The notes beneath the pieces are model-generated. The model was not told the origin of the DNA and made no database searches. It saw nothing but the letters and a program-made list of their open reading frames with translations. From a virus (Duplodnaviria; Heunggongvirae; Uroviricota; Caudoviricetes), in IMG/VR virus record IMGVR_UViG_2711768037_000018, positions 1 to 18,616 of that record: a stretch of 18,616 nt of DNA; one strand, 5' to 3'. How positions within the stretch are numbered: the stretch's first letter is position 1; each line of letters begins with the position of its first letter. The translations under genes were made by a program, and so were the position numbers. Positions 1-8,231 of this stretch are shown here, in pieces.

Positions 1-540
1 ATTGGTGAGTCCGGGGATTACGGTTTGCCCGTGCTGTTCAAGGCGTTCAATTCTCGCCAGTAGCTGAGGCTTCTTAATTTTTCCCCAGCGATTAAGCAGG
101 CGGCCTGACATGCTGGCAACATCCTTCTCTTTCATGTACTCCAGCATTACGGCATTTCTCTCTTCTTCAAATTGACGATGACCAACCTGAAGCATGGCGT
201 ACATCCAGTTGAATGCGTTGATGTAAGCAATTTTGATACGCATTGCTTCTTTTTTGGTGTAGGACATAACCAAAAGCATCAACCCATCCTTGCGGAGACG
301 GTAGAATTTTTGCGGCTTACCATTCTGTAACTCATTGTTTTTATAGCAAAGCTCAAAGTTGAGCTTTGTATCAAACTCAGGAGGGCAAGCTTCTATGGTT
401 CGTTCAATGTCACGAACCACGTTCTTCGGCAGCTTTCCAAATGCTTTTGCCACCATAAAAGAATCTGTAACCGGATCGTTGTTTGCTACAAAAATTAGGT
501 CTCTGAAATCTATATCGTTAACAACGGTTGGGTAGTTCAT
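1..540 (-). CDS. Rha-family phage regulatory protein, partial (ATG at 538-540; C-terminus lies beyond window start)
   Basis: Minus-strand ORF open to position 1; translation begins MNYPTVVNDIDFRDLIFVANNDPVTDSFMVAKAFGKLPKNVVRDIERTIE, a Phage_pRha-like motif resembling the N-terminus of the 4021-4743 protein. Not in the ORF track because it is truncated by the window edge. Confidence 0.65.
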   Translation of the reverse strand, partial: MNYPTVVNDIDFRDLIFVANNDPVTDSFMVAKAFGKLPKNVVRDIERTIEACPPEFDTKLNFELCYKNNELQNGKPQKFYRLRKDGLMLLVMSYTKKEAMRIKIAYINAFNWMYAMLQVGHRQFEEERNAVMLEYMKEKDVASMSGRLLNRWGKIKKPQLLARIERLEQHGQTVIPGLTN

Positions 541-685
541 TGCGTCTTTACCTTTTAGAAAGATGAGCCTGTTCGCACAGAAAAGCCGCCCCGAGATGGT
601 CGCCACCATATACGGCAGTTCTCAGGCTCAGCTTTCTGAAAGACTCGGGATTGTTACGCGCTGCGATGCGCGGTTTACTGCAGAT

Positions 686-711
686 ATAAAAAAGCCCCGC
701 GAATGCGAGGC
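686..711 (-). terminator. Rho-independent terminator downstream of Rz
   Basis: On minus strand: GCCUCGC-AUUC-GCGGGGC stem-loop (one G-U pair) followed by UUUUUU. Confidence 0.5.
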
Positions 712-885
712 TAAATCCTGGTATTTGTAATGACTGGCTCTTATCTCAACGCAGCCCCTTACCGCGCGCCAGATGCTCAATATCAAGCATCAGCAATGAG
801 ATGTTTAATCTGGATTCACTCCAGAAGTGATCACCACCCTGTCTACAGAGCCAGATGTGAAGGATGATGAGTAAAATTATCGCTA

Positions 886-1353
886 TCATCGAAGGCATTG
901 CGTCCTAATGTATTCCTGAAGCGTTCTCAGTGCTGTTTGGTCGCGGATAATTCCGTCCCGGATATCGAGAACGTTTCGTCCAGCAACTGGAGAGAGTTCG
1001 ACGGTGGCATCATTGCCCATGCCGGAGGCGCTGGAGGTTTCGGCAGAGGATGGCACAGGGCATTTTCCTTTGACGAGCACCCTGCCACCATTATCAAGCT
1101 TCCGCAGAAGAGCATCATTTTCAGCTTTCGCATCAGCTAACTCCTTCGTGTATTTTGCATCGAGCGCAGCAACATCACGTTGGCGCACCTGCATGTCAGT
1201 AATTGTCGAGTTCGCCAGCTTCAGTTCTCTGGCATTTTTGTCGCGCTGCTCTTTGTAGGCGATGGCGTTATCACGGTAATGATTAACAGCCCATAACAGG
1301 CAGACGATGATGCAGATAACCAGAGCGGAAATAATCGCGGTGACTCTGCTCAT
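886..1353 (-). CDS. Rz: Rz i-spanin (inner-membrane spanin subunit)
   Basis: 155 aa with N-terminal TM helix and coiled-coil body; immediately follows R endolysin with overlapping stop/start; close match to lambda Rz from memory. Confidence 0.9.
   Translation of the reverse strand: MSRVTAIISALVICIIVCLLWAVNHYRDNAIAYKEQRDKNARELKLANSTITDMQVRQRDVAALDAKYTKELADAKAENDALLRKLDNGGRVLVKGKCPVPSSAETSSASGMGNDATVELSPVAGRNVLDIRDGIIRDQTALRTLQEYIRTQCLR
927..1133 (-). CDS. Rz1: Rz1 o-spanin (outer-membrane lipoprotein), embedded in Rz in a different frame
   Basis: 68-aa ORF inside Rz, out of frame; lipobox-like VAGCSS, proline-rich [11 protein letters not shown] typical of Rz1. Confidence 0.8.
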   Translation of the reverse strand: MRKLKMMLFCGSLIMVAGCSSKENALCHPLPKPPAPPAWAMMPPSNSLQLLDETFSISGTELSATKQH

Positions 1354-1826
1354 ACCTCAATCTCTCTGACCGTTCCGCCAGCCTCTTTGAATTTTGCAAT
1401 CAGGTTGTCAGCCTTATGCTCGAACTGACCATAACCAGCACCCGGCAGTGAAGCCCAGATATTGCTGCAACGGTCAATTGCCTGACGAATATCACCGCGA
1501 TCAATCATCGGTAAAGCGCCACGCTCTTTAATCTGCTGCAATGCCACAGCGTCCTGGCTTTTCGGAGAGAAGTCTTTCAGGCCAAGCTGCTTACGATAGG
1601 CATCCCACCAACGGGAAAGAAGCTGGTAGCGCCCGGCTGCTGTTGATTTGAGTTTTGGGTTTAGCGTGACAAGTTTGCGAGGGTGATCGGAGTAATCAGT
1701 GAATAGCTCTCCGCCTACAATGACGTCATAACCATGATTTCTGGTTTTCTGACGTCCGTTATCAGTTCCCTCTGACCACGCCAGCATATCGAGGAACGCC
1801 TTACGTTGATTATTGATTTCCACCAT
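1350..1826 (-). CDS. R: Endolysin R (lytic transglycosylase)
   Basis: 158 aa [39 protein letters not shown]..., essentially lambda R as recalled. Confidence 0.95.
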   Translation of the reverse strand: MVEINNQRKAFLDMLAWSEGTDNGRQKTRNHGYDVIVGGELFTDYSDHPRKLVTLNPKLKSTAAGRYQLLSRWWDAYRKQLGLKDFSPKSQDAVALQQIKERGALPMIDRGDIRQAIDRCSNIWASLPGAGYGQFEHKADNLIAKFKEAGGTVREIEV

Positions 1827-2133
1827 CTTCTACTCCGGCTTTTTTAGCAGCGAAGCGTTTGATAAGCGAACCAATCGAGTCAGTACCGATGTAGCCGATG
1901 AACACGCTCGTTATATAAGCGAGATTGCTACTTAGTCCGGCGAAGTCGAGAAGGTCACGAATGAACCAGGCGATAATGGCGCACATCGTTGCGTCGATTA
2001 CTGTTTTTGTAAACGCACCGCCATTATATCTGCCGCGAAGGTACGCCATTGCAAACGCAAGGATTGCCCCGATGCCTTGTTCCTTTGCCGCGAGAATGGC
2101 GGCTAACAGGTCATGTTTTTCTGGCATCTTCAT
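1810..2133 (-). CDS. S: Holin/antiholin S (class I holin with dual start)
   Basis: 107 aa starting [10 protein letters not shown] (Met1/Met3 dual-start motif of lambda S107/S105); overlaps R start. Confidence 0.95.
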   Translation of the reverse strand: MKMPEKHDLLAAILAAKEQGIGAILAFAMAYLRGRYNGGAFTKTVIDATMCAIIAWFIRDLLDFAGLSSNLAYITSVFIGYIGTDSIGSLIKRFAAKKAGVEDGGNQ

Positions 2134-2424
2134 GTCTTACCCCCAATAAGGGGATTTGCTCTATTTAATTAGGAATAAGGTCGATTACTGATAGAACAAA
2201 TCCAGGCTACTGTGTTTAGTAATCAGATTTGTTCGTGACCGATATGCACGGGCAAAACGGCAGGAGGTTGTTAGCGCAACCTCTTGCCACCCGCTTTCAC
2301 GAAGCCAGCCATTGAGCTGGTTTTCTTTTATGCAAAGCACACCGCACCGTAGCCACAGCGGATAAGGTGATTATTTTTGTCTGTCTGGTATTTGGTTTGA
2401 TGTGCTTTCAGAAAGGCCGTGCTT

Positions 2425-2463
2425 AAAACGCAAAAAGCCCCGAGCTATTAACTCAGGGCTTTA
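2425..2463 (-). terminator. tR'-like intrinsic terminator about 30-60 nt downstream of the pR' start
   Basis: Minus-strand RNA: GCCCUGAG-UUAAUAG-CUCGGGGC (8-bp stem, one G-U) followed by UUUUUGCGUUUU. Confidence 0.6.
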
Positions 2464-2495
2464 TTTAACGAGTGCATTTATCCATCGTTGAGTCA

Positions 2496-2524
2496 AATTT
2501 ACCCAATTTTATTCAATAAGTCAA
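2496..2524 (-). promoter_or_regulatory. Late promoter pR' with Q-utilisation (qut) region
   Basis: Minus strand reads TTGACT-N17-TAAATT followed by TGACTCAACGATGG, matching lambda pR' -35/-10 and the initial transcribed pause region as recalled; about 78 nt downstream of the Q stop. Confidence 0.7.
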
Positions 2525-2566
2525 TATTATGCCGTTAATATGTTGCCATCCGTGGCAATCATGCTG

Positions 2567-3190
2567 CTAACGTGTGACCGTATTCAAAATGCTGTCTGCG
2601 ATTGACTCTTCTTTGTGGCATTGCACCACCAGAGCGTCATACAGCGGCTTAACAGTGCGTGACCAGGTGGGTTGGGTAAGATTTGGGATTAGCATCGTCA
2701 CAGCGCGATATGCGGCGCTTGCTGGCATCCTTGAATAGCCGACACCTTTGCATCTTCCGCATTCTTTCTCAACAACTCTCCCCCACTGCTCTGTTTTTGC
2801 TATATCAACCGCACGGCCTGTACCGTGACAATCTCTGCATCTTGCGCCAGGCGTCGCGGCACTACGGCAATAATCCGCATAAGCGAATGTTGCGAGCACT
2901 TGCAGTACCTTTGCCTTAGTATTTCCTTCAAGCTTTGCCACACCACGGTATTTCCCCGATACCTTGTGTGCAAATTGCATCAGATAGTTGATAGCTTTTT
3001 GTTTGTCATTCTGGCTGAGTTCGTGCTTGCCGCAGAATGCAGCCATACCGAATCCGGCTTGTGATTGCGCCATCCCCATAGCAGCCATCACATCAGTACC
3101 GGAAAGAGAGTCAGAAGCCGTGGCCCGTGGTGAGTCGCTCATCATCGGGCTTTTTGGCGAATGAAATTTAGCTACGCTTTCGAGTCTCAT
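2567..3190 (-). CDS. Q: Late gene antiterminator Q
   Basis: 207 aa MRLESVAKFHSPKSPMMSDSPRATASDSL..., near-identical to lambda Q as recalled, including the Cys-rich zinc-binding region. Confidence 0.95.
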   Translation of the reverse strand: MRLESVAKFHSPKSPMMSDSPRATASDSLSGTDVMAAMGMAQSQAGFGMAAFCGKHELSQNDKQKAINYLMQFAHKVSGKYRGVAKLEGNTKAKVLQVLATFAYADYCRSAATPGARCRDCHGTGRAVDIAKTEQWGRVVEKECGRCKGVGYSRMPASAAYRAVTMLIPNLTQPTWSRTVKPLYDALVVQCHKEESIADSILNTVTR

Positions 3191-3375
3191 CGTCTTCCCC
3201 TCTTGCCCTGTTTGACCATCAGGACGCCGTTAACTATTACATGACGCTCGCCTTTGCTGTCTCGGTTGTACTTGAGCACTGTTCCTCTTGCGCAGGAAAG
3301 CATCCTCGCCACTTCGGTCTGATTGCCTCGTGTCTGGATAAGAAGCTCTGGTATCGTTTGAATTGTGGCGTTCAT
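3187..3375 (-). CDS. ninH: NinH-like small DNA-binding protein
   Basis: 62 aa; NQTEVAR-L-C-RGTV-KY ... H-IVN-VLMV pattern matches lambda NinH; ATGA start/stop overlap with rusA and Q. Confidence 0.75.
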   Translation of the reverse strand: MNATIQTIPELLIQTRGNQTEVARMLSCARGTVLKYNRDSKGERHVIVNGVLMVKQGKRGRR

Positions 3376-3734
3376 GCGTTCTCCAGTTCGGTGATTTTTA
3401 TTCCAAGCCGTCCGCCTGGTACTTTCACACCACGAATTACGCGAATGTCATCGAATTGCTCGTCGTCTTCCGCAAATCCGGCATGGATAAGGGAGTCGAG
3501 TAAACCCTTCAGGATGTTATCTAGGTCGCGGCGGCGGGAGTCTGGAACGTCTGCGATTACTTTGATGCGGAGTCGTGATTTGGTGAAAATATCTAACTTG
3601 AGTTGGTGGATGATTTGCTGAACGTCTTTTCGGTATTTCTGGCCTTTATCGCTGATGTAGTATTGGCTTCCCCGTCTTCGCCAGTAGGTATTCACCGACG
3701 GCGGGTATGGAAGCACAAACTGATATTCGTTCAT
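3372..3734 (-). CDS. rusA: Holliday junction resolvase RusA
   Basis: 120 aa; LPYPPSVN..., RRRDLDN and AGF..DD motifs characteristic of the RusA family. Confidence 0.9.
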   Translation of the reverse strand: MNEYQFVLPYPPSVNTYWRRRGSQYYISDKGQKYRKDVQQIIHQLKLDIFTKSRLRIKVIADVPDSRRRDLDNILKGLLDSLIHAGFAEDDEQFDDIRVIRGVKVPGGRLGIKITELENA

Positions 3735-4021
3735 GACTTAATCTTCCCCTCCTTCAGCAGTATCGCCTGCGTCCTGATCACGCCTTCGAGGTGGTAAAGT
3801 CTGGCGTCTTTGTTGTCGAGGTTATGGGTGCGTCGGTCGATCTCCGCGTGGCAGTCACTACAAGCCCATGCGCCGATCAGGTCGTCAGGCTTCATTCCCG
3901 TTCCGCAAATTCCAGCCATCCGGTAATGTGCCAGAACTGTAGTTTCAGGATTGCCATTGCATACGCCGTAAATACGTACCTGGCATTCTCTGTTGCGCGC
4001 TTCTTTGCGCAGGTTAGCCAT
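3731..4021 (-). CDS. ybcO: YbcO-like DUF1364 protein (predicted metal-binding nuclease)
   Basis: 96 aa MANLRKEARNRECQVRIYGVCNGNPETTVLAH...CSDCHAEIDRR; resembles E. coli DLP12 YbcO, which also sits directly upstream of rusA. Confidence 0.8.
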   Translation of the reverse strand: MANLRKEARNRECQVRIYGVCNGNPETTVLAHYRMAGICGTGMKPDDLIGAWACSDCHAEIDRRTHNLDNKDARLYHLEGVIRTQAILLKEGKIKS

Positions 4022-4743
4022 TAAGCAGCCTCCCCTGTTACTTTCAGCATTCCGTTATCGAGCAGCTTTCTGGTCAGCCACTGTTGACCACGCCCGGTGA
4101 TTTTTGTGGTGAACGATATCTGTATTCCGTGATTTGTGTTGACTGCTGTTTCTTTCACTGTGAAATAGCCGCGATCCATATATTCCTGCATTGGCACATT
4201 GCGCCGGGAACCTGAAGCAATAAGGATTTTGTGATCGCGCATCCACGCAAACAGTTTGTTTGGACCAATTCCAACAACCTTTGCAAAGTTTCCAATCAAA
4301 ATTCCACTGGCCTCGCCAACGCGATCGGCAAACTCAACTTTAGGTGCGGCAATTGCGAGCTGGTTTTCCAGTTGCATTTTCTGCTCAGCAAGGTCAGCAG
4401 CAAGGCGCAACGCTTCTGGTAGCGTTTTTGGGATATTAACCGCAGATTCTTCAAGCTCTCGCCAACGGTCAACAAGGCGAGCGGTGAATTCCGGCGACAA
4501 CTGGGCAACAACGACAATACTGTCTCGCTTACCTTGTTCGCCTTCGAAGACGTAATGCTCGTACTGAACATTGAACCCTAAGTTATTGATTCTTCCGGAA
4601 ACCTCAATTTGAGGAAGCCGGATAACACCATTTTTAGCCAGCGTTTCGATGGTACGTTTCACATTGTCATGACGCTTACCAACCAACTCAGCAATTTCAA
4701 TGCTTGTCATTTTGATGGCATTGCCATTCATTAACTCATTCAT
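4021..4743 (-). CDS. Phage antirepressor-like protein (N-terminal Rha domain + C-terminal KilAC/ANT domain)
   Basis: 240 aa; N-terminus MTSIEIAELVGKRHDNVKRTIETL (Rha signature); C-terminal region ...NFAKVVGIGPNKLFAWMRDHKILIASG... typical of KilAC domain. Occupies the position of ninG in lambda. Confidence 0.85.
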   Translation of the reverse strand: MNELMNGNAIKMTSIEIAELVGKRHDNVKRTIETLAKNGVIRLPQIEVSGRINNLGFNVQYEHYVFEGEQGKRDSIVVVAQLSPEFTARLVDRWRELEESAVNIPKTLPEALRLAADLAEQKMQLENQLAIAAPKVEFADRVGEASGILIGNFAKVVGIGPNKLFAWMRDHKILIASGSRRNVPMQEYMDRGYFTVKETAVNTNHGIQISFTTKITGRGQQWLTRKLLDNGMLKVTGEAA

Positions 4744-4906
4744 CGTCTTCTTCCTCGTACATTGAGCTATTCGGATCGCTCATCAGTTCTGCGCAGCAGT
4801 GCTCACACACGTGAACTTCCAGCACATGCAGCTTCTGACCGCAGTTAGCGCACGTTAAAGCTCGCTCGACGCTTTCTTGTTCGTAACTTCGATTTGGGTC
4901 AATCAC
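4736..4906 (-). CDS. ninF: NinF-like small Cys-rich protein (GTG start; alternative ATG at 4928-4930)
   Basis: C-terminal portion of the 153-aa track [59 protein letters not shown] matches lambda NinF; GTG preceded by GAGGAA; GTGA overlap with ninE stop. Confidence 0.75.
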   Translation of the reverse strand: MIDPNRSYEQESVERALTCANCGQKLHVLEVHVCEHCCAELMSDPNSSMYEEEDDE

Positions 4907-5079
4907 CTTGTTTTCCTCATGCGGTTCCATTTGGCCTGTAACAGCCCGTAGACATAATCGAATGTCTTTACCTGGCTTTCTGTGGGGATTGGTTTCTTGC
5001 GGGATCTGGTGCGTTTGGTAGGAGTAAAAATCAGGTTGTCTAACGCTATTTGAGTAATGCTTCGTCGCTGTATCGCCAC
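4903..5079 (-). CDS. ninE: NinE-like protein (58 aa, putative GTG start; not in ORF track)
   Basis: Hand translation of minus strand gives (V)[57 protein letters not shown], similar to lambda NinE (..RRQRRSIT..LPTKRTRNKPKPIP..VKTF..ARKTR); GGAGGA precedes the GTG with a short spacer. Confidence 0.55.
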   Translation of the reverse strand: MAIQRRSITQIALDNLIFTPTKRTRSRKKPIPTESQVKTFDYVYGLLQAKWNRMRKTR

Positions 5080-5219
5080 ACGTCCTCCTTTTCCTGCGGT
5101 AGTGGTAACACCCCTGTTGGTGTTCTTTCACACCGGAGACACCATCGATTCCAGTAAGGTTGATTTGGTCGGAAGCGGTTATCTTCTTTGCATTCACCGC
5201 ACCGATAACATCGCATCAT
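5046..5219 (-). CDS. ninD: NinD-like zinc-ribbon protein (57 aa)
   Basis: [56 protein letters not shown]; start ATG overlaps ninB stop (ATGA); the 77-aa track ORF is an upstream extension into ninB. Confidence 0.7.
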   Translation of the reverse strand: MMRCYRCGECKEDNRFRPNQPYWNRWCLRCERTPTGVLPLPQEKEDVWRYSDEALLK

Positions 5220-5656
5220 GCTGCCCGGTCTCCCCATCTTGCTTTCCACTCCAGAGCCAGTCGCGCTTCGTCTGACCACTTAACGCCACGCTCTGTACCG
5301 AATGCCTGTATAAGCTCTAATAGCTCCGCAAATTCGCTTACACGCATCCTGCTGGTTGACTGGCCTATTACCACAAAGCCATTCCCGGCAAGGTTAGGAA
5401 CAACATCCTGCTGCTTTAATGCTGCGGTAAACACACACTTCCAGCTTTCTGCATCCAGCCAGCGACCATGCCATTCAACCTGACGAGAGACGTCACCAAG
5501 GCAAGCCCAAAGCTTTCGATTCTGGTCTAAGCTGCGGTTGCGTTCCTGAATGGTTACTACGATTGGTTTGGTTGGGTCTGGAAGAATTTGCTGTACCGCG
5601 TGAATAGCGTTTTGCTGATGTGCTGGAGATCGAATTTCAAAGGTTAGTTTTTTCAT
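5216..5656 (-). CDS. ninB: NinB recombination protein (Orf family)
   Basis: 146 aa from [50 protein letters not shown]..., essentially lambda NinB; SD GGGAGAGGGAAG upstream. Confidence 0.9.
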   Translation of the reverse strand: MKKLTFEIRSPAHQQNAIHAVQQILPDPTKPIVVTIQERNRSLDQNRKLWACLGDVSRQVEWHGRWLDAESWKCVFTAALKQQDVVPNLAGNGFVVIGQSTSRMRVSEFAELLELIQAFGTERGVKWSDEARLALEWKARWGDRAA

Positions 5657-5732
5657 GACTTCCCTCTCCCCCAAATAAAAAGGCCTGCGATTACCAGCAG
5701 GCCTGTTATTAGCTCAGTGATGTAGATGGTCA

Positions 5733-7169
5733 TCAGAATCCTCCTTTCTTCTTGGACTGCGGTTCCTCACGTTCACGGCGGCGCATTTCAGCAGACTGTT
5801 GGTCTGTGTCATAAATAGCGCCATTTGCCTGAATGCAATACACCGTGCCGGTATTGCCATGACGATTGAGGCGAAGGATTAGTTCGGTTTCACCAGGAGG
5901 AACGCTGTCATCAAAAGCACCTTCACGATGGATCCCCACCCAATAATCGCAATCCTGTTCAATCTGCCCTGTATCTCGTGAGTCACTTGGTAATGGGCGT
6001 TTATTGGTTCGGCTTTCCAGTGCGCGGTTAAGCTGTGTCAGAAGCACAACAACGCAATCAAGCTCTTTGGCAAGGTTCTTCAGTCCTTTGGTGATCATGC
6101 CGTAAGCAAGGTCGTTGCGATCGGCCTTTTCAGCGGTCATTAGTGTCAGGTAATCGACCAGAATCATGCCAACACATCCTTTTTCTCGCTTGATTCGACG
6201 GCTTTCGCTGACGATTTGAGCCAGAGATAATCCCGGCGTGTCGTCGATGTAAAGCAGGTCGATTTCACTCAAGCGATTGGCTGTTTCGATCGCCCTGTTG
6301 AAGTCACCATCGTAATCACCCTGATAGCCGTCATCAGCGTCATTTGTCGCCGGAAGGTAAAAAATATTCGGGTTAACACCTGACTTCTGTCCTACCAGTT
6401 TTTCCAGTATCTGGTCACCTGGCATTTCAAGGCTGAACATCAGAGCGGGCTTTTTCTCATGCACTGCGCAGTTGATTGCCATCTGGCTGTATAGGGTTGT
6501 CTTGCCCATCTTAGGGCGAGCGCCAATGACAAACAGAGAGCCTTTCACCAGGCCTTTCGGTGACAGCATCCTGTCCAGCGATGGGATCCCTGTGCTCATT
6601 CCTCGTTGTTCGCCTGACGGGTCAAATCGCTTCTCAAGGTCGCTAACCCAGTCTTCCATGACCTCACCAAATGAGCGAAGGCCGCGACGCGATCCGGTTT
6701 TTGCATGGTCTGTCAGTTGCGTGAAAATCGCCTGAATAGCTTCGTACTTCTGCGTTGCAGTCATTCCGTTGCGGGAATAGAGCAATTCCGTCGCTTCAGT
6801 CATGCGGTTGATGGCGTAGCGTTCCATTGCGGTTTCACGAACCTGCATTGCATAGGCAACGATGTTTGCTGCGCTTGGCGTGTTCTTTGCGATCTCAGCG
6901 ATATAAGCAAAACCTCCAACAGACGCCGTTAACGATTTGCGCTCCAGTTCATCGAAAAGCGTCAGCCCATCTACTGGCTTTTGCTCCCGGTGCATTCTGG
7001 TTATTTCTTCGAAAAGGATTTTGTGTGGTCGGCTGTAAAATGAATCAGGCTTCAGCATCGCCAGAACTTTCCGGACGCGCTCACTGCTGTCATCATCCAG
7101 AAGCAATCCACCAATCACCGCCTGCTCTGCCTCGATGCTATGGGGCGGCGCATAAAAATTATCGGTCAT
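5733..7169 (-). CDS. Replicative DNA helicase, DnaB family (P22 gene 12-like)
   Basis: About 478 aa from ATG 7167-7169; Walker A GARPKMGKTT, DnaB-like N-terminal domain (SIEAEQAVIGGLL) and RecA-like core; the track start at 7184 is a GTG extension. Confidence 0.9.
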   Translation of the reverse strand: MTDNFYAPPHSIEAEQAVIGGLLLDDDSSERVRKVLAMLKPDSFYSRPHKILFEEITRMHREQKPVDGLTLFDELERKSLTASVGGFAYIAEIAKNTPSAANIVAYAMQVRETAMERYAINRMTEATELLYSRNGMTATQKYEAIQAIFTQLTDHAKTGSRRGLRSFGEVMEDWVSDLEKRFDPSGEQRGMSTGIPSLDRMLSPKGLVKGSLFVIGARPKMGKTTLYSQMAINCAVHEKKPALMFSLEMPGDQILEKLVGQKSGVNPNIFYLPATNDADDGYQGDYDGDFNRAIETANRLSEIDLLYIDDTPGLSLAQIVSESRRIKREKGCVGMILVDYLTLMTAEKADRNDLAYGMITKGLKNLAKELDCVVVLLTQLNRALESRTNKRPLPSDSRDTGQIEQDCDYWVGIHREGAFDDSVPPGETELILRLNRHGNTGTVYCIQANGAIYDTDQQSAEMRRREREEPQSKKKGGF

Positions 7170-8049
7170 CGTGTTCACCCTCACGAACTTTCAGGTAGGT
7201 ATTATCGTTAAGCAGGAAATCAAATCCCTTTTTGTGCCAGACGGTTCCGCGTTGATGGTTTGGGCGCTCTTCGAACATCCATCGGCAATTTTCGCCTACG
7301 TAGCTCAAATAATTTCTCCAGTCCTGCATCGTGAACCCATGCCCGTCAAGCTGGCGGGTTATCACTCCGGCTTTGCGCCAGAACGTTCGGATCTGGTTTT
7401 TACGCTTGTCATTCAGTGCGCGGATTCTTGGCGCTTCAGGAAGGATTTCGTGGTAAGCATCGACAACATCCTGACAGCTAACGGAAGGTTTTTTCTTGTC
7501 AGACTTTTTGTCTGCTGTGGCACTCTCTAATACGTCAGTATTAGAGATATTATTTATATTATTGTTTATGGACAACCGTTGGACAACCGTTGGACAATCT
7601 CCGCTGAGAGCCGCGCCATTACTGGTGTTTGCGTTGGACAACCGTTGGACAACCGTTGGACAATTTTTTGCCTGAAAATCGTCATATTTAACGATTGTAA
7701 ACAGGCTAAATTTCTTCCCCATCGCGCAAATATTAAGCATCCCTTTCGACTCAAAAGTCCGTAATAAGCTCCGAACTTTGTTGTCGGGGATGAATGTTTC
7801 TCTGACCAGCGACGGGCGTCCAGTTATCATCTGACCGCGATCAACAGTTATCGGACCGATATCCGTATTGACGACAGTAGATTCGTGATTAGCCTTGAGG
7901 ATTAAGTGAAGCCAAAGATGTACTGCCTGAGAGTCCTTATAGAGCCTGCTGTCCATAAACTGGCGGTGTATAGAGACATACCCCATACTGGATGCCTCCT
8001 GATGTTGTACAGGGTTATGCCTGTAATCAGCTAACTTAACGACGCCCAT
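7159..8049 (-). CDS. Replication initiation protein (lambda O / P22 gp18 functional analogue) containing the origin iterons; alternative start ATG 7984-7986
   Basis: Lies between cII and the helicase; iteron cluster plus AT-rich tract in the middle of the ORF (translated as repeated CPTVVQRLS), as in lambda ori within O; both candidate ATGs have AGGAG-type SDs. Confidence 0.8.
   Translation of the reverse strand: MGVVKLADYRHNPVQHQEASSMGYVSIHRQFMDSRLYKDSQAVHLWLHLILKANHESTVVNTDIGPITVDRGQMITGRPSLVRETFIPDNKVRSLLRTFESKGMLNICAMGKKFSLFTIVKYDDFQAKNCPTVVQRLSNANTSNGAALSGDCPTVVQRLSINNNINNISNTDVLESATADKKSDKKKPSVSCQDVVDAYHEILPEAPRIRALNDKRKNQIRTFWRKAGVITRQLDGHGFTMQDWRNYLSYVGENCRWMFEERPNHQRGTVWHKKGFDFLLNDNTYLKVREGEHDDR
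7521..7663 (-). repeat. Putative replication origin: two clusters of 11-bp direct repeats (GGACAACCGTT x2.5 each) followed on the gene strand by an AT-rich tract
   Basis: Repeats at 7570-7597 and 7636-7663; AT-rich 7521-7569; arrangement mirrors lambda ori (iterons then AT-rich region inside the initiator gene). Confidence 0.7.
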
Positions 8050-8198
8050 GTTTCACTCCTGCTTTGGCTAGTCTGTAAACACCAACAAGGCGCTCTGCGA
8101 ACGCCCTGTTATTTGCTGCGGCTACCACTAATCCCTCAGGTGAATCAGGGTGTCGAATCTCTTCTTTTTCCTGGTATTTCTTACGACGTTTTGTCATA
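8036..8198 (-). CDS. Hypothetical small basic protein (53 aa), between cII and the initiator gene
   Basis: Hand-translated MTKRRKKYQEKEEIRHPDSPEGLVVAAANNRAFAERLVGVYRLAKAGVKHGRR; AGGAG 5 nt upstream of ATG; no recognised homology. Confidence 0.3.
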
Positions 8199-8231
8199 AT
8201 TACTCCTGTGGATTGATCCAGTCTTTCTACA

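Noticed and set aside
746-898. Possible 50-aa hydrophobic minus-strand ORF overlapping the Rz 3' end
   Set aside because: Overlaps Rz, has a weak SD and no homology; likely spurious.
898-1258. Plus-strand ORFs 898-1140 and 1004-1258 antisense to Rz
   Set aside because: Fully contained antisense to the well-supported Rz/Rz1 genes; no SD or homology.
2251-2295. Imperfect GC-rich hairpin upstream of S (GGCAAGAGGTTG...CAACCTCCTGCC)
   Set aside because: Stem contains mismatches and lies in a stretch that is lambda-like with no function known to me; not called as a terminator.
2683-3064. Plus-strand ORFs inside Q (2683-2919, 2825-3064)
   Set aside because: Antisense to the lambda-like Q gene; typical spurious ORFs.
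3241-4571. Multiple ORFs antisense to or out of frame with ninH, rusA, ybcO and the antirepressor gene
   Set aside because: All lie inside strongly supported minus-strand genes and lack start signals or homology.
4736-5197. 153-aa track ORF spanning the ninD-ninF interval
   Set aside because: Only its C-terminal part (ninF) is supported by homology; the upstream part overlaps ninD and ninE, which sit in other frames with their own start signals.
6472-7198. Plus-strand ORFs inside the helicase gene
   Set aside because: Antisense to a DnaB-family gene with clear Walker motifs.
7566-7764. Two short ORFs (62 and 61 aa, both strands) over the iteron region
   Set aside because: They are produced by the direct repeats inside the initiator gene and have no independent start signals.
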